From positions 1 to 52,149 of IMG/VR virus record IMGVR_UViG_3300037756_000051: a DNA stretch of 52,149 bases; one strand, given 5' to 3'. The translations under genes and the position numbers were made by a program. The stretch comes from a virus (Duplodnaviria; Caudoviricetes). A model generated the notes under the pieces. That model saw only the letters and a list, made by a program, of their open reading frames with translations. It ran no database searches and was not told the DNA's origin. Shown one piece after another: positions 15,558 through 24,872 of the stretch (position 1 is its first letter; the number at the start of each line of letters is the position of its first letter).

Positions 15558-18035
15558 ATGAACATGCAACCGCAATCCGCGTCGTTCAAGGAAAACCCGG
15601 AGACGCAATCCGAGGTGAGTCCGCGCGATGCATCGTTCTGGATCGGCGAGATCGAGGCTGCGCAGAGTAGAAACGATAGCTGGTATTGCAAGGCCGAAGA
15701 GGCCGACGAGCGCTATCGCGACTGCGAGGATGAAGACGAGCGCGGGTTCGGCGGCTTAAATGTGCTCTGGTCGAATGTTGAGACGCAAAAGGCAGCCATC
15801 GGCGAGGATTTCGGCGCACCGCAGGTAATGCGCGTCAATATGCCGGAGAATGACGGCGGGCTTGCGCGCCATGTGTCCATGGTCTGGGAGCGGGCAATCG
15901 ACGCCAGCGTCAAGGAAAGCGACGATAACCACGATATCGCGCTTGCTGTCGGCGATATGTTTCTCCCCGGCAAGGGACAGGTCTGGATCGAGATCGAGGC
16001 TGACGACCGCAAGTGGGTGACATCCACGATCTGCCGTGTATGCTACAGGGATTATCTGGAAGGCGCGGCGACGCGCTGGGGCGGCGTTCCGTGGGTTGCC
16101 CGGCGGCATTATTTCACGCGCGACGAGCTGATCAGCGAATGCCGGATGAGCGAAAAGAAGGCGGAGAAGGTTCCGCTCAACATCACCTTGCCGAACAGCG
16201 GCAGTAAATCCGAAATCGAAGACGCCAAAGGCAAGGAGCAGTTCAAGCGCGCCGAAGTCTGGGAGATATGGGCAAAGTTTCCCGTGAAATCCCGTATCTT
16301 CGTGGCGGTCGGTCATAAGGACGACGTGCTTCGCTACGATAAAGACCCGCTGAACCTCAAGAAGTTCTTCCCCTGTCCGCGCCCGATGCAGGCCAATGGC
16401 GACGAATCGAAGCCGCCGCTGACCGATTATAGCCGCTATCAGGACCAGGCTGAAGAGCTTGACCGGCTCAGCCAGCGAATTTTCGTTCTCACCGAGACGC
16501 TGCGCCGCGTCGGCATCCATGACAAGGCGTTCAAAGAACTTGCCGACATTGCCGAGGCCGAAGAGAACACCACGATTGCCGTGGAGAACTGGGCGCAGCT
16601 TCAGGCCTCTGGCGGGCTTGCCAAGGTGCAGGAATGGCAGGACATCGTACCGATCGCGCAAGTGCTTGGCGAGCTTCACAAGCAGCGTGACACGCTTCTG
16701 CGGCTGATTTACGAGTTGTCCGGCATATCTGACCTTGCGCGCGGCCATACCGATCCTGATGAAACGCTCGGCGCGCAGAAGCTCAAACAGTCATTCGGCT
16801 CCAGCCGCTTCAAGCGCCGCGAGAAGGAAAGCCGCCGGTTCGCTTCCGAAGCGTATCAGCTCAAGGGCGAAGTCATCGCCGAGTTGTTCCCGCGCGAACA
16901 GCTTGAACAGATGAGCGGTATCAGGATGCCGCTGCGCGCCGAGATTGACGACGCCAAGCGACAGGTTGCCGAGATCATGCAGATCCAGCAGCAGGCCGAG
17001 CAAGCGCGTCAACAGTTGGCGCAGCTTCAGCAACAGGTTCAACAGCAACAACAGGCGCAGCAGGGGCAAGGACAACCCGGCCAGCCGCAACAGCCAGGAC
17101 AGCCGCCGCAGGGCCAGCCAGCTCAACCAGCGCCGCCGATGATGCCTCCCCATCCGCAAGTCATCGCCCGGCTTCAGCAGCAGGCGCAGACCCCGCCGCC
17201 GGATCAGGAACAGTTGGCGCACCTTACCGAACTGGCACAGACACGTCATAGCTGGGAAGATGTTTCCGGCGTGCTTCGCTCCGATGTCAGGCGGTGCTAT
17301 ACTGTCGATGTTGCGACGGATCAGACCGCGTTCATTGATGAAGAGGCTGACAAGGCGGCGCGCTCGCAGTTCTTCGGCCTCGTGATGCAGTCGATGCAGC
17401 AGATCGGCCCGATGATCGCGGGTAATCCGAAGAATGGCGAGGTCTTCAAGCAGCTCATCATGTTCGTGATATCGGCCTTCAAGGCCGGCCGCAGCATGGA
17501 AGAGGGGATCGAGCAGGCGATTGACGCCGCGATCGGTCAGGCGGCAGAGCAGGCGGGACAGCCGCAGCAGCAAGATCCGAAAGCCGCCGCTGATGCACAG
17601 GTCGCACAGGCGAGAGTTCAGGAAGCTGGCGTCAAGCTTCAGCAGGCTCAGATCGGATTGCAAAGAGAGCAGGTGCAATTGCAGATCGCGATGGTCGAAG
17701 CGCAGCGCGCAGGTGCCGATATTGAGATGAAAGCCGTTGACACCCAATTGAAGGGTCAGCAGGCCCAGATCAAGGCGGCGGCAACAGCGCAGCAGGCACA
17801 GGTAAAAGCCGCTGAAAACCAGCAAAAGCTTATGGACGCGCAAGCAAAAACTGCGCTAGAACATGAGAAGAATCAGGCCAAGCAGATCGGCCAGGCCATA
17901 GATGCGCAAGCCAAGGCGGAGAAGCTTGAATTCGAGCGCACCCAGCGCGCCACGGCTCGCGAGGAAATCCTGAAGGATAACCATGCGAAAGAGCTTGAGC
18001 AGGCAACAGTCATACCGGCACGGGTGGTGGGGTAA
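15558..18035 (+). CDS. portal protein (podovirus type) with Gln/Pro-rich insert and coiled-coil tail
   Basis: Follows TerL; N.LWSNVET, FFPCPRP, IYELSGISD..RG...ETLGAQ.LK motifs. Confidence 0.85.
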   Translation: MNMQPQSASFKENPETQSEVSPRDASFWIGEIEAAQSRNDSWYCKAEEADERYRDCEDEDERGFGGLNVLWSNVETQKAAIGEDFGAPQVMRVNMPENDGGLARHVSMVWERAIDASVKESDDNHDIALAVGDMFLPGKGQVWIEIEADDRKWVTSTICRVCYRDYLEGAATRWGGVPWVARRHYFTRDELISECRMSEKKAEKVPLNITLPNSGSKSEIEDAKGKEQFKRAEVWEIWAKFPVKSRIFVAVGHKDDVLRYDKDPLNLKKFFPCPRPMQANGDESKPPLTDYSRYQDQAEELDRLSQRIFVLTETLRRVGIHDKAFKELADIAEAEENTTIAVENWAQLQASGGLAKVQEWQDIVPIAQVLGELHKQRDTLLRLIYELSGISDLARGHTDPDETLGAQKLKQSFGSSRFKRREKESRRFASEAYQLKGEVIAELFPREQLEQMSGIRMPLRAEIDDAKRQVAEIMQIQQQAEQARQQLAQLQQQVQQQQQAQQGQGQPGQPQQPGQPPQGQPAQPAPPMMPPHPQVIARLQQQAQTPPPDQEQLAHLTELAQTRHSWEDVSGVLRSDVRRCYTVDVATDQTAFIDEEADKAARSQFFGLVMQSMQQIGPMIAGNPKNGEVFKQLIMFVISAFKAGRSMEEGIEQAIDAAIGQAAEQAGQPQQQDPKAAADAQVAQARVQEAGVKLQQAQIGLQREQVQLQIAMVEAQRAGADIEMKAVDTQLKGQQAQIKAAATAQQAQVKAAENQQKLMDAQAKTALEHEKNQAKQIGQAIDAQAKAEKLEFERTQRATAREEILKDNHAKELEQATVIPARVVG

Positions 18036-18253
18036 TGAGCTATGAAAGCGCTCTGCAACTGACGCCGATGTGTTGCGGGAACTGCACTCACTGGCATCCC
18101 GTCACGCGCAACGGTACGGTAGGCGAATGCGAGCATCCTGACAACGCCTATTTTGTTGAGTCATCTGGAAGCTATACAGGCCCAATGATGGTTGATCTGG
18201 CTATGTGCACAAAGTGGACGAAAATCGATGCTGATGAAGTGACGGGAGTCTGA
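18035..18253 (+). CDS. hypothetical Cys-rich protein
   Basis: TAATG-coupled; CCGNC.HW...GEC...C..W. Confidence 0.5.
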   Translation: MSYESALQLTPMCCGNCTHWHPVTRNGTVGECEHPDNAYFVESSGSYTGPMMVDLAMCTKWTKIDADEVTGV

Positions 18254-18257
18254 TGCG

Positions 18258-18671
18258 ATGAAGCAAGTTTTCGTATGCCCAAAATGCGGAAGATCATCAG
18301 AGCTGACAATCATCAATGAAAGCGGTGTGCCGTTGGAAGTGATCGGAGCGACTTGTTCAGGATGCGGTGACTTTGTTGGCCTCGCGAACCTTGAGCGGGC
18401 AAAGCGCGCCTTCGACACGCTGACCCAAGCAATTGAGGCTGAAGGTTATTCCGTACTCGTCGATCCAGACGGCAATTACAGCATAGAGCCCAAGCACCAC
18501 GAAATGACGCCCCTGATGGAAATGGGCGAAGCGATCCGCAAGCACGGCTTGCCGGAGATCGACCGATCGCCGCGACCCTTTTGGAAAAACACAGCAGCCT
18601 TCAACTTGGGATACGGCACCGCCGTCATGATTGATCCGGCAGAGAATCTCAGGGCCGAAAATGACGGGTAA
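18258..18671 (+). CDS. hypothetical zinc-ribbon protein
   Basis: CPKC...CSGC. Confidence 0.5.
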   Translation: MKQVFVCPKCGRSSELTIINESGVPLEVIGATCSGCGDFVGLANLERAKRAFDTLTQAIEAEGYSVLVDPDGNYSIEPKHHEMTPLMEMGEAIRKHGLPEIDRSPRPFWKNTAAFNLGYGTAVMIDPAENLRAENDG

Positions 18672-18822
18672 GGATTTTGGCAGAAGTATTGGCGCAATAT
18701 TCGGCGGCTTTCTGATCGGCCTCGTCACCAAGAACTGGGAGTGGCTACCGGCAACTGTTTTCATCATTCTCATGCTGGCCTCTTACGCCTATCTATTCTG
18801 CGGGCCGAAGCGCGAACGCTAG
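18661..18822 (+). CDS. small membrane protein
   Basis: Two hydrophobic segments. Confidence 0.45.
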   Translation: MTGKDFGRSIGAIFGGFLIGLVTKNWEWLPATVFIILMLASYAYLFCGPKRER

Positions 18823-18840
18823 TAACGGGAATCTGATCTA

Positions 18841-19014
18841 ATGTCAGACGATTTCATTATCCCGACAGATGAGCAGGTGGCAAAAGCGATTGAAAACATC
18901 CGCGCGACCGAGCTTGATTGTGCCGATTGGAGTGATGCCATCCTGATGGAAATCGTCAATGCGGTGATTGCTGGCCTCCAGGGTCAGGATTACGTCAGCA
19001 AGAGAGAAGACTAA
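18841..19014 (+). CDS. hypothetical protein (57 aa)
   Basis: Open frame filling the gap. Confidence 0.4.
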   Translation: MSDDFIIPTDEQVAKAIENIRATELDCADWSDAILMEIVNAVIAGLQGQDYVSKRED

Positions 19015-19069
19015 TGCCCTGCAAGCCCAGGCCCCACGGCAAGCCGAAACCGAGGCCGAGACCTAAATC

Positions 19070-19315
19070 ATGATCACGGAACTTGAAGCAGGCTCCGAAA
19101 CCATCCGCATGAAGCGTGGCGATATTATCGAAGCTATGATCGATGAAGGTCTTGATCCTGAAATCGCCAAGCGCGTTTTCGAGCGGCTGGTGAAGCGCGA
19201 CTACGAGTTGAAAGCGGTGCAGGCTCAGATACAAGCCGACAGCATGAAGGCACGGATGGATTTCTCGCGCCAAGGACCAATAGGCGTGTTCACGACAGAT
19301 ACGGAAGTACGCTAA
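19070..19315 (+). CDS. hypothetical protein
   Basis: ORF track. Confidence 0.5.
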   Translation: MITELEAGSETIRMKRGDIIEAMIDEGLDPEIAKRVFERLVKRDYELKAVQAQIQADSMKARMDFSRQGPIGVFTTDTEVR

Positions 19316-19318
19316 GCA

Positions 19319-19993
19319 ATGAGCGCGTTCGATCTCTATGCCGAGCTTGGTATTGAACGAGGTGCGGATGATAAGGCAATCCGCACAGCCTATCGACGCC
19401 TTGCCAAGAAAGCTCACCCGGATACTGGCGGATCAACGGAGGCGTTTGAGCGCTTGCAACTCGCACATGCCGTCTTGAGCGATACGGAACGCCGCAAGCA
19501 GTACGATGAAACCGGCCGATATGATGCAGGGCGCGTAGACAATGGCGACGCCGATGCTCTGGGCGTGCTCATCCAGATGATCGAGAAGTTTCTGGGTGCG
19601 GAAGCAGAGCCCGAGACGCTGGATCTTCCCAAAGAGATCGCGCGCGAAGCCAAGCAGACGCTTGCCCAGATCAGCAAGGCTATTAACCAGGCCGAGCGCA
19701 CGAAAAATCGCGCCGAAAAACTGCTTGGCCGCTTCAAGACCAAAGACGGCGAAGAGACCCCAGTCGAAGCGATGCTGCGTCATCAGATTCAAAAATATGA
19801 ACTGGCGGCAAAAAAGCATGGCCACGCCAAAACCGCTTTCGAGCGCGTGATTAATCTGGTCGAGCAGTGGCGGTTTGAAAGAGAGTTCACCCAAGATCCA
19901 TTCGTGCAGGCTGCTATGCAGCAGAGAGGATCTTATTCGAGTTTGCTGAATCAGTTCGGCTCCGGCACAACTTCAACATTCGGTTTCAGATGA
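19319..19993 (+). CDS. J-domain (DnaJ-like) co-chaperone
   Basis: DLYAELG...IRTAYRRLAKKAHPDTGG...F..L..AH.VLSD.ERRKQYD with intact HPD. Confidence 0.9.
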   Translation: MSAFDLYAELGIERGADDKAIRTAYRRLAKKAHPDTGGSTEAFERLQLAHAVLSDTERRKQYDETGRYDAGRVDNGDADALGVLIQMIEKFLGAEAEPETLDLPKEIAREAKQTLAQISKAINQAERTKNRAEKLLGRFKTKDGEETPVEAMLRHQIQKYELAAKKHGHAKTAFERVINLVEQWRFEREFTQDPFVQAAMQQRGSYSSLLNQFGSGTTSTFGFR

Positions 19994-20406
19994 CTATTTC
20001 TCTATCCGGCCTTGATCTATCCTTCATGAAGAAACCAGACCCGCAAGCGGTCGATCGCGGACGTTTCCGCTGGTCCGACAAGGCCGGCAGGCTCGTATCC
20101 GTCCGTGAGTGGCACAGGCTGCACGGCGAGCCATCGAAGCTGTCCAAAAAAGTCGGCATCCCGTTCTTCATGCCGGATATCGACGCCCATTACGGCGGCG
20201 CATGGGAGTCAATCATTGACGGCTCGGAAATCTCCAGTCGCTCAAACTGGCGTGAGCACAATAAAAGAAATGATGTCGTCGATGTCGGCGACAAGTTCTT
20301 CAGCCCCGATGGCGATGATGTCAAGCGGACTGAAGAGATCATGGGATATGACAAATCCTTGATAGGCCATCCTGATTTCGTCTGGGGCAAGCAGGATCTA
20401 GACTAA
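19990..20406 (+). CDS. conserved phage head-region protein
   Basis: MPDI...SIIDGSEISSRS.WREHNKRN..VDVG motif, between portal and scaffold. Confidence 0.6.
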   Translation: MTISLSGLDLSFMKKPDPQAVDRGRFRWSDKAGRLVSVREWHRLHGEPSKLSKKVGIPFFMPDIDAHYGGAWESIIDGSEISSRSNWREHNKRNDVVDVGDKFFSPDGDDVKRTEEIMGYDKSLIGHPDFVWGKQDLD

Positions 20407-20436
20407 CCACACAACCACCATAGGCGGACTTGGCGC

Positions 20437-20462
20437 AGCTCGGTTTTTACCGGGCTTTTTTA
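20437..20462 (+). terminator. intrinsic terminator
   Basis: AGCTCGGT-TTTT-ACCGGGCT followed by a T run. Confidence 0.6.
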
Positions 20463-20488
20463 TTGCCTACTGCCGGAGAGGATCATAA

Positions 20489-21946
20489 ATGAGTGACGTA
20501 GCAGGCGCAGTCGAGACGGAAGTACAGGAAACCGGCGCGGAGCCGAAGCCAGCGGTCAAAGCCAAGGCGAAGGCCAAGGAGAAAGAGCCGCCGCATTACC
20601 ACGTCAACGAGATGAAAACGGGTAAGCGCGATCCATTCTCGGCGGCGTTCAACGAAGCTCAGGACGAGCTGCGCGGCGTGGAGGATGAAGACGACGAAGT
20701 CGAGCCGGAACCCGCGCCAGCACCGAAGAAAAAGCCCGCTCCAAAGCCTGAGAAGAAGGCTGAGGCCGAAGAAAAAGCGCCGGAAAAGAAACCCGCGCCC
20801 AAGCCGGAAGCCGCTGAAGAAGCGGAGGAAGACGACGAAGAAGAAGAATCCGAGGCTGAAGCTCCGAAAGCCGAAAAGAAGATAGAAAAACCGGAGCCGG
20901 TCAAGGCCGAGGTCAAGGAACCGGAGCCGAAGGAAAAAGGCCCGCTTGAGGCCAAGAAATACTGGCCCAGCCGCCGCCGCGAGGCTTTCCGCTTCCAGCC
21001 TCGACATGTGCAGGAAGCCTGGCTTGCTGAAGTTCCAAAGGCCGACCAGCGCTGGAGCGAAGAGCAGAAGACCGCATTTGAAAAGCTGCCCCTCGAAGGC
21101 AAGGAACTGCTTCTGGAGCGGCATCAGGAATTTGAGCGCGGCTATGGCGAGAAGTTCGAAGGCCTCGCCAAGGAACGCAAGCTGATCGAGGAAGTTCAGA
21201 AAGCCGTTCCGCCGCAGATGCGCACGATCATGGAGCAGCGCGGGATTACCGAATCCCAGATGCTCGCCAAGCTCGCGCAGCAACAGCTATTCGCATGGGC
21301 GAACCCGAAAGGGTATATCGCCAAGTTCATACAGGATTCAAAGATCAACCCCGCAGACCTTTTCCCAAGGCCCGCCGAGGGTGAACAGCCTACGACGCAA
21401 CACGCTGCCCCGCAACAGGACAATCCGGCCGCCCTTGACATCAGGACGCACCCGCATTTCCAAGCCATGGCAGCAAGAGTGCGTGAACTGGAGGAGGCGC
21501 AGACAAAAGCCGCCGAATCCGACGACGAGCGGTTTACCGCTGAATTCAACGGCCTGCTCAGTGAAGCGGACGGCGAGGGAAACTCGCTCTATCCGTTCAT
21601 CCGTGTTTTGGCAGGTCCGATGGCTACGATTATCGAGAACGACTCTGACCGTTTCGACGGACTCAGTATCAGGGATCGGTTGGCAGCCGCCTATTATCAG
21701 GCCCTTGAAGATTTTCCAGAGCTTACCGCGATCTACATGACCGCACCAGCATCGGAGACGAAGGTTGACGAACCTGTCGTCAAACCGGTGGCGGACTCTA
21801 GTGGAGAAAGTGAGCGCTTGGCGAAGCTTGAAAAGGCCGTCACTCCAAAAAGCCAGGCCCCGGCAATGGCGTCCGCAAGTTCCGCGTCAGACGACCCGTT
21901 CGAGAAGGCTTTCCAGAGTGCGAAAAAACAACTTGGAAAACGTTAA
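20489..21946 (+). CDS. capsid scaffolding protein
   Basis: Glu/Lys/Pro-rich low-complexity protein directly upstream of the major capsid gene. Confidence 0.7.
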   Translation: MSDVAGAVETEVQETGAEPKPAVKAKAKAKEKEPPHYHVNEMKTGKRDPFSAAFNEAQDELRGVEDEDDEVEPEPAPAPKKKPAPKPEKKAEAEEKAPEKKPAPKPEAAEEAEEDDEEEESEAEAPKAEKKIEKPEPVKAEVKEPEPKEKGPLEAKKYWPSRRREAFRFQPRHVQEAWLAEVPKADQRWSEEQKTAFEKLPLEGKELLLERHQEFERGYGEKFEGLAKERKLIEEVQKAVPPQMRTIMEQRGITESQMLAKLAQQQLFAWANPKGYIAKFIQDSKINPADLFPRPAEGEQPTTQHAAPQQDNPAALDIRTHPHFQAMAARVRELEEAQTKAAESDDERFTAEFNGLLSEADGEGNSLYPFIRVLAGPMATIIENDSDRFDGLSIRDRLAAAYYQALEDFPELTAIYMTAPASETKVDEPVVKPVADSSGESERLAKLEKAVTPKSQAPAMASASSASDDPFEKAFQSAKKQLGKR

Positions 21947-21963
21947 CATAGGAGCAACTTGCT

Positions 21964-23942
21964 ATGGCAAGTCCTAATGCCACGTTCGACGAATTGGCCT
22001 CGCTGACGATTTCGAAGTACTCGAAGACGCTGCGAGACAACGTTTAAATTGGACGTTGTAAAATCGGGTGAAACGGTAGACGCCTGAGACGGTAATACCG
22101 TGCTAAGCTGTTGATGTAACGCAATATATACTTGCGCCAGGGCAACAGAAAGCGTAACGACTAGGTCTTGACGAAAGAATAATAGACCCACGAGCGCCCG
22201 ACACTTTCTAACCAGAGAGGGGAATCCCGAATGGTGGTTATCTATGGCATCGAATGCTTGCCGACTAAATTCGTTTACGTCGGATGCACCGAATGCGGGC
22301 TAGCAAAGAGATGCAGAGAGCATTTCAGTTTGCTGAAAAATAGCAAACATAGCTGCACAAAAATGGTTGAAGACTTCGCACAATACGGCAAAGAGGCCTT
22401 TGCCGCGCGAATTCTCGAAGAGTTGCCTCACAACACGACGTTGGGTGTCAAGCGAGATCGGGAGATCAAGTGGATGTCCAAATTTCGTGATGAGGGCAGG
22501 CTCTACAATCATATGGTCGCATCTTTTGGCATGGGGACGAAGCCGAAAGGCTGGAAACCAAGTCCGGAGTCGAACCTTAAGCGCCGCCTGGCGCAGCTCG
22601 GCAAGCCAAAGGGGCATGGGGCGAAGATCAGCGCCACAAAGAAGGCGCTCGGCCAGAAACCCAGCAGAGAAGCTTGGTTGAAGGGCCAAATGTCCATGAT
22701 GCGCAACAAAGAAGCCAAGAGAGTGGTGAGATAGTCTGCTCTGCAGTCGAACGTGAAGCTGCAGAAGTATCGGATAAAGAGCCGGTACGATAACACAAGG
22801 TCGAACAACATCCCGCTCTATGCGTTCATGAAAGACGCAGGAGCAATCGTAGAGGAAGACGGCGGTATCTACCTGCTGGAAAACCTCGATTATAACGATA
22901 ATGAGACGTTTAATACTCGGGCGTCTATAAACCTTTCCTGATTGGCTTGGAAGTGCTGGCAAGCACGACAAGGGGCAAGCAGCGGAGACATTCGCGGGCA
23001 GCCTGAACGACTTAGCGGAAAGGCCCCTAGTATTAGGGGAATCGAAAGTCTGAACACTGGTATAATGCAAGATCTGAAGCCAGTGAGGGAGGGTCGAAGA
23101 ACTCTCCCCGCCGCGTAAGCGGTCAGTAGCGCTCCGTTGGCGTGAAAGTAACAGAATGCACTTGGTTCAACGGCTACGAGGAAATCTCGATCACGCCGTC
23201 TGAATTTGCAACGACGGCTCATTTCGACTGGAAGGAATGCGCAGGGAATGCTGTCTTCAGCGCCCGTGAAGTCGCACAGAACTCCGGCGAGTCCAAACAG
23301 CATGATCTGGTCAAGGGCAAGGTCAAAAACCTTGAGCGGACCATCATCAACAATGTCGGCGCGGCCTTGTTCCATGCCGGCACGGAGAATGACGGAAAGT
23401 CGTTCGGCGGATTGCAGTATATCATTCCCGATGATCCGACGACCGGCACTGTCGGTGGCATCAACCGCGCAACTGCTGGCAACGAGTTCTGGCGTAGCCA
23501 GACCTTTGATGAGACTGACGACAGCGTGACGCTTTCGGCCACGACCATCCTTGATGCCATGGAACTGCTCTATGTCCGCTGTACGCGCGGCATGGATGTG
23601 CCGAATCTCTGGGTCTACGGCAACACTTACTGGCGCTTTTTTGCCGGTGCGGTGAACGCCAACCAGCGCTACATCCGCGAAAGCGATGCGGCAACCGCGA
23701 AGACCTCGTTCCCGTACTACCTGTTTAAGAACACCAAGGTCTTCCACGACCCGAACGCCGGGGCAACCCACGGCTACGCGCTCAACACCGAATATCTCAA
23801 GGTGAAGGTGCACAAGGATCGCAACATGACGCCTGACAAACCGCGTTATCCGTCGTCACAGCGTGCGACAGTCATCCCCATCGACATGATGGCAAATGTC
23901 GTATGTGGAAATTCTAGCTTGCAAGGGGTCATGAAAGACTGA
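21964..23942 (+). CDS. major capsid protein, spliced: join(21964..22044, 22801..22910, 23159..23942), 324 aa
   Basis: AGGAG RBS. Joined reading MASPN...LRDNV|SNNIPLY...DNETF|TWFNGYEEISITP... is continuous (975 nt) and resembles the podovirus capsid pattern DNVS.N...GG..I.E.L.Y..N.T..W..GYE. Confidence 0.85.
22045..22800 (+). ncRNA. group I intron 1 (IA-like, ORF-containing)
   Basis: P1 ACAACGTT/GACGTTGT with U-G at the splice site, starts TAA, P3 TCGGGTG/CGCCCGA, P7 GACTA/TAGTC, ends in G 22800; removal restores the frame. Confidence 0.9.
22231..22734 (+). CDS. intron-encoded GIY-YIG homing endonuclease with NUMOD3-like tail
   Basis: VIYGI...VYVG.T...KR.REH...E..W...LYN; stop codon falls in the intron P7' strand. 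Confidence 0.85.
   Translation: MVVIYGIECLPTKFVYVGCTECGLAKRCREHFSLLKNSKHSCTKMVEDFAQYGKEAFAARILEELPHNTTLGVKRDREIKWMSKFRDEGRLYNHMVASFGMGTKPKGWKPSPESNLKRRLAQLGKPKGHGAKISATKKALGQKPSREAWLKGQMSMMRNKEAKRVVR
22911..23158 (+). ncRNA. group I intron 2 (248 nt, no ORF)
   Basis: P1 AGACGTT/GGCGTCT, starts TAA, P3 CCTTTCC/GGAAAGG, P7 GACTT/AAGTC, ends in G 23158; TT|C restores the Phe codon and frame. Confidence 0.88.
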
Positions 23943-24280
23943 TGAGCATTTTCACTCCGATTGCTGACAGTCAACTTCTGACTGTCATTCAAAGCTCTCA
24001 AAGGGTTGCCCTTCCCACCACTCCGGTGGGAAGGCTGGCGATGTCCGTGATCATGAATGTTCAATCAAATGACGAGCAGATTACCGCTCGGTTTGGTGAT
24101 GATACCGTGACTGTCTCGGCGTCAAACGGGTATGTCGTTGCGCCCAAAGGGCAGACCACGGGTAATGAGCGGATTGTTGGGGTGCCGCATGGTGCTACGC
24201 ATGTCGCGTTCATTGCGACAGGAACGGGCGGCGCTGAAAAGAAAATTCATGTCACCTTCGGTGACTTGATCTCAGGCTAA
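23942..24280 (+). CDS. putative virion decoration / fibre-base protein (paralog 2)
   Basis: TGATG-coupled to the capsid gene; SQRVAL...FGD.TV...THVA. Confidence 0.55.
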   Translation: MSIFTPIADSQLLTVIQSSQRVALPTTPVGRLAMSVIMNVQSNDEQITARFGDDTVTVSASNGYVVAPKGQTTGNERIVGVPHGATHVAFIATGTGGAEKKIHVTFGDLISG

Positions 24281-24301
24281 GCCGCGAAAGGATAAACACC
24301 A

Positions 24302-24793
24302 ATGGCTTACAAAATCCTTGGGAACGTGGTCATCACGCAGCCGATCGCGGATACCTCCACAACCCAGAAAGAAAAGCTTGGACGCATCGTCCAGGCTGTT
24401 GACCCCACTTACGGGGTTGGCGAATTTATCTACCTGACCGGCGTTGCGTCTACGGTGGTTGGATCGATCGTCAACTACGACGCCGTTTGGGTCACGGCAT
24501 TGCACACCACCGCGCTTGATAACCCAAGACCGCTGGCTGTCGCAATGTCGGCGAACGTTGCTAGCCAGTATGGCTGGTATCAGATCAGCGGTCAGGCTGT
24601 GGTCTCCAAGTCCGCAGCTCTATCGCTGGCGGCAGGCGATGGGATCGGCGCGTCAGGCGGTGCGGCTATCGTGGTTGCTACGGGCGGCATTTTGAACGGC
24701 ATGTGTGTTGCCGCGATTGCTTCGGCCGCAACAGGTGTCACCACCGTTCGAGTCATGGTGAACAGGCCACATGATACGTCGGATCTTTCCTAG
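24302..24793 (+). CDS. putative capsid cement / decoration protein
   Basis: GEFIYL...AVAM.A..A.QYGWYQISG, downstream of the capsid gene. Confidence 0.6.
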   Translation: MAYKILGNVVITQPIADTSTTQKEKLGRIVQAVDPTYGVGEFIYLTGVASTVVGSIVNYDAVWVTALHTTALDNPRPLAVAMSANVASQYGWYQISGQAVVSKSAALSLAAGDGIGASGGAAIVVATGGILNGMCVAAIASAATGVTTVRVMVNRPHDTSDLS

Positions 24794-24872
24794 CAATGTT
24801 AGCTAACATTGCGGATTGATATTGTCTCTGTGATGAAGTAGGGTGCTCTCTTCAGCAAACGGAGAGCACCCT

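Noticed and set aside
13994-17843. Long minus-strand ORFs opposite terminase and portal
   Set aside because: Antisense shadows of GC-rich coding sequence with no motifs.
22753-22941. Stand-alone 62-aa gene, and 23142-23942 as a complete gene
   Set aside because: Both are capsid exons extended into intron sequence.
22045-23158. IStron (intron-IS chimera)
   Set aside because: Neither intron contains tnpA or tnpB, and neither TnpB has an adjacent intron core.
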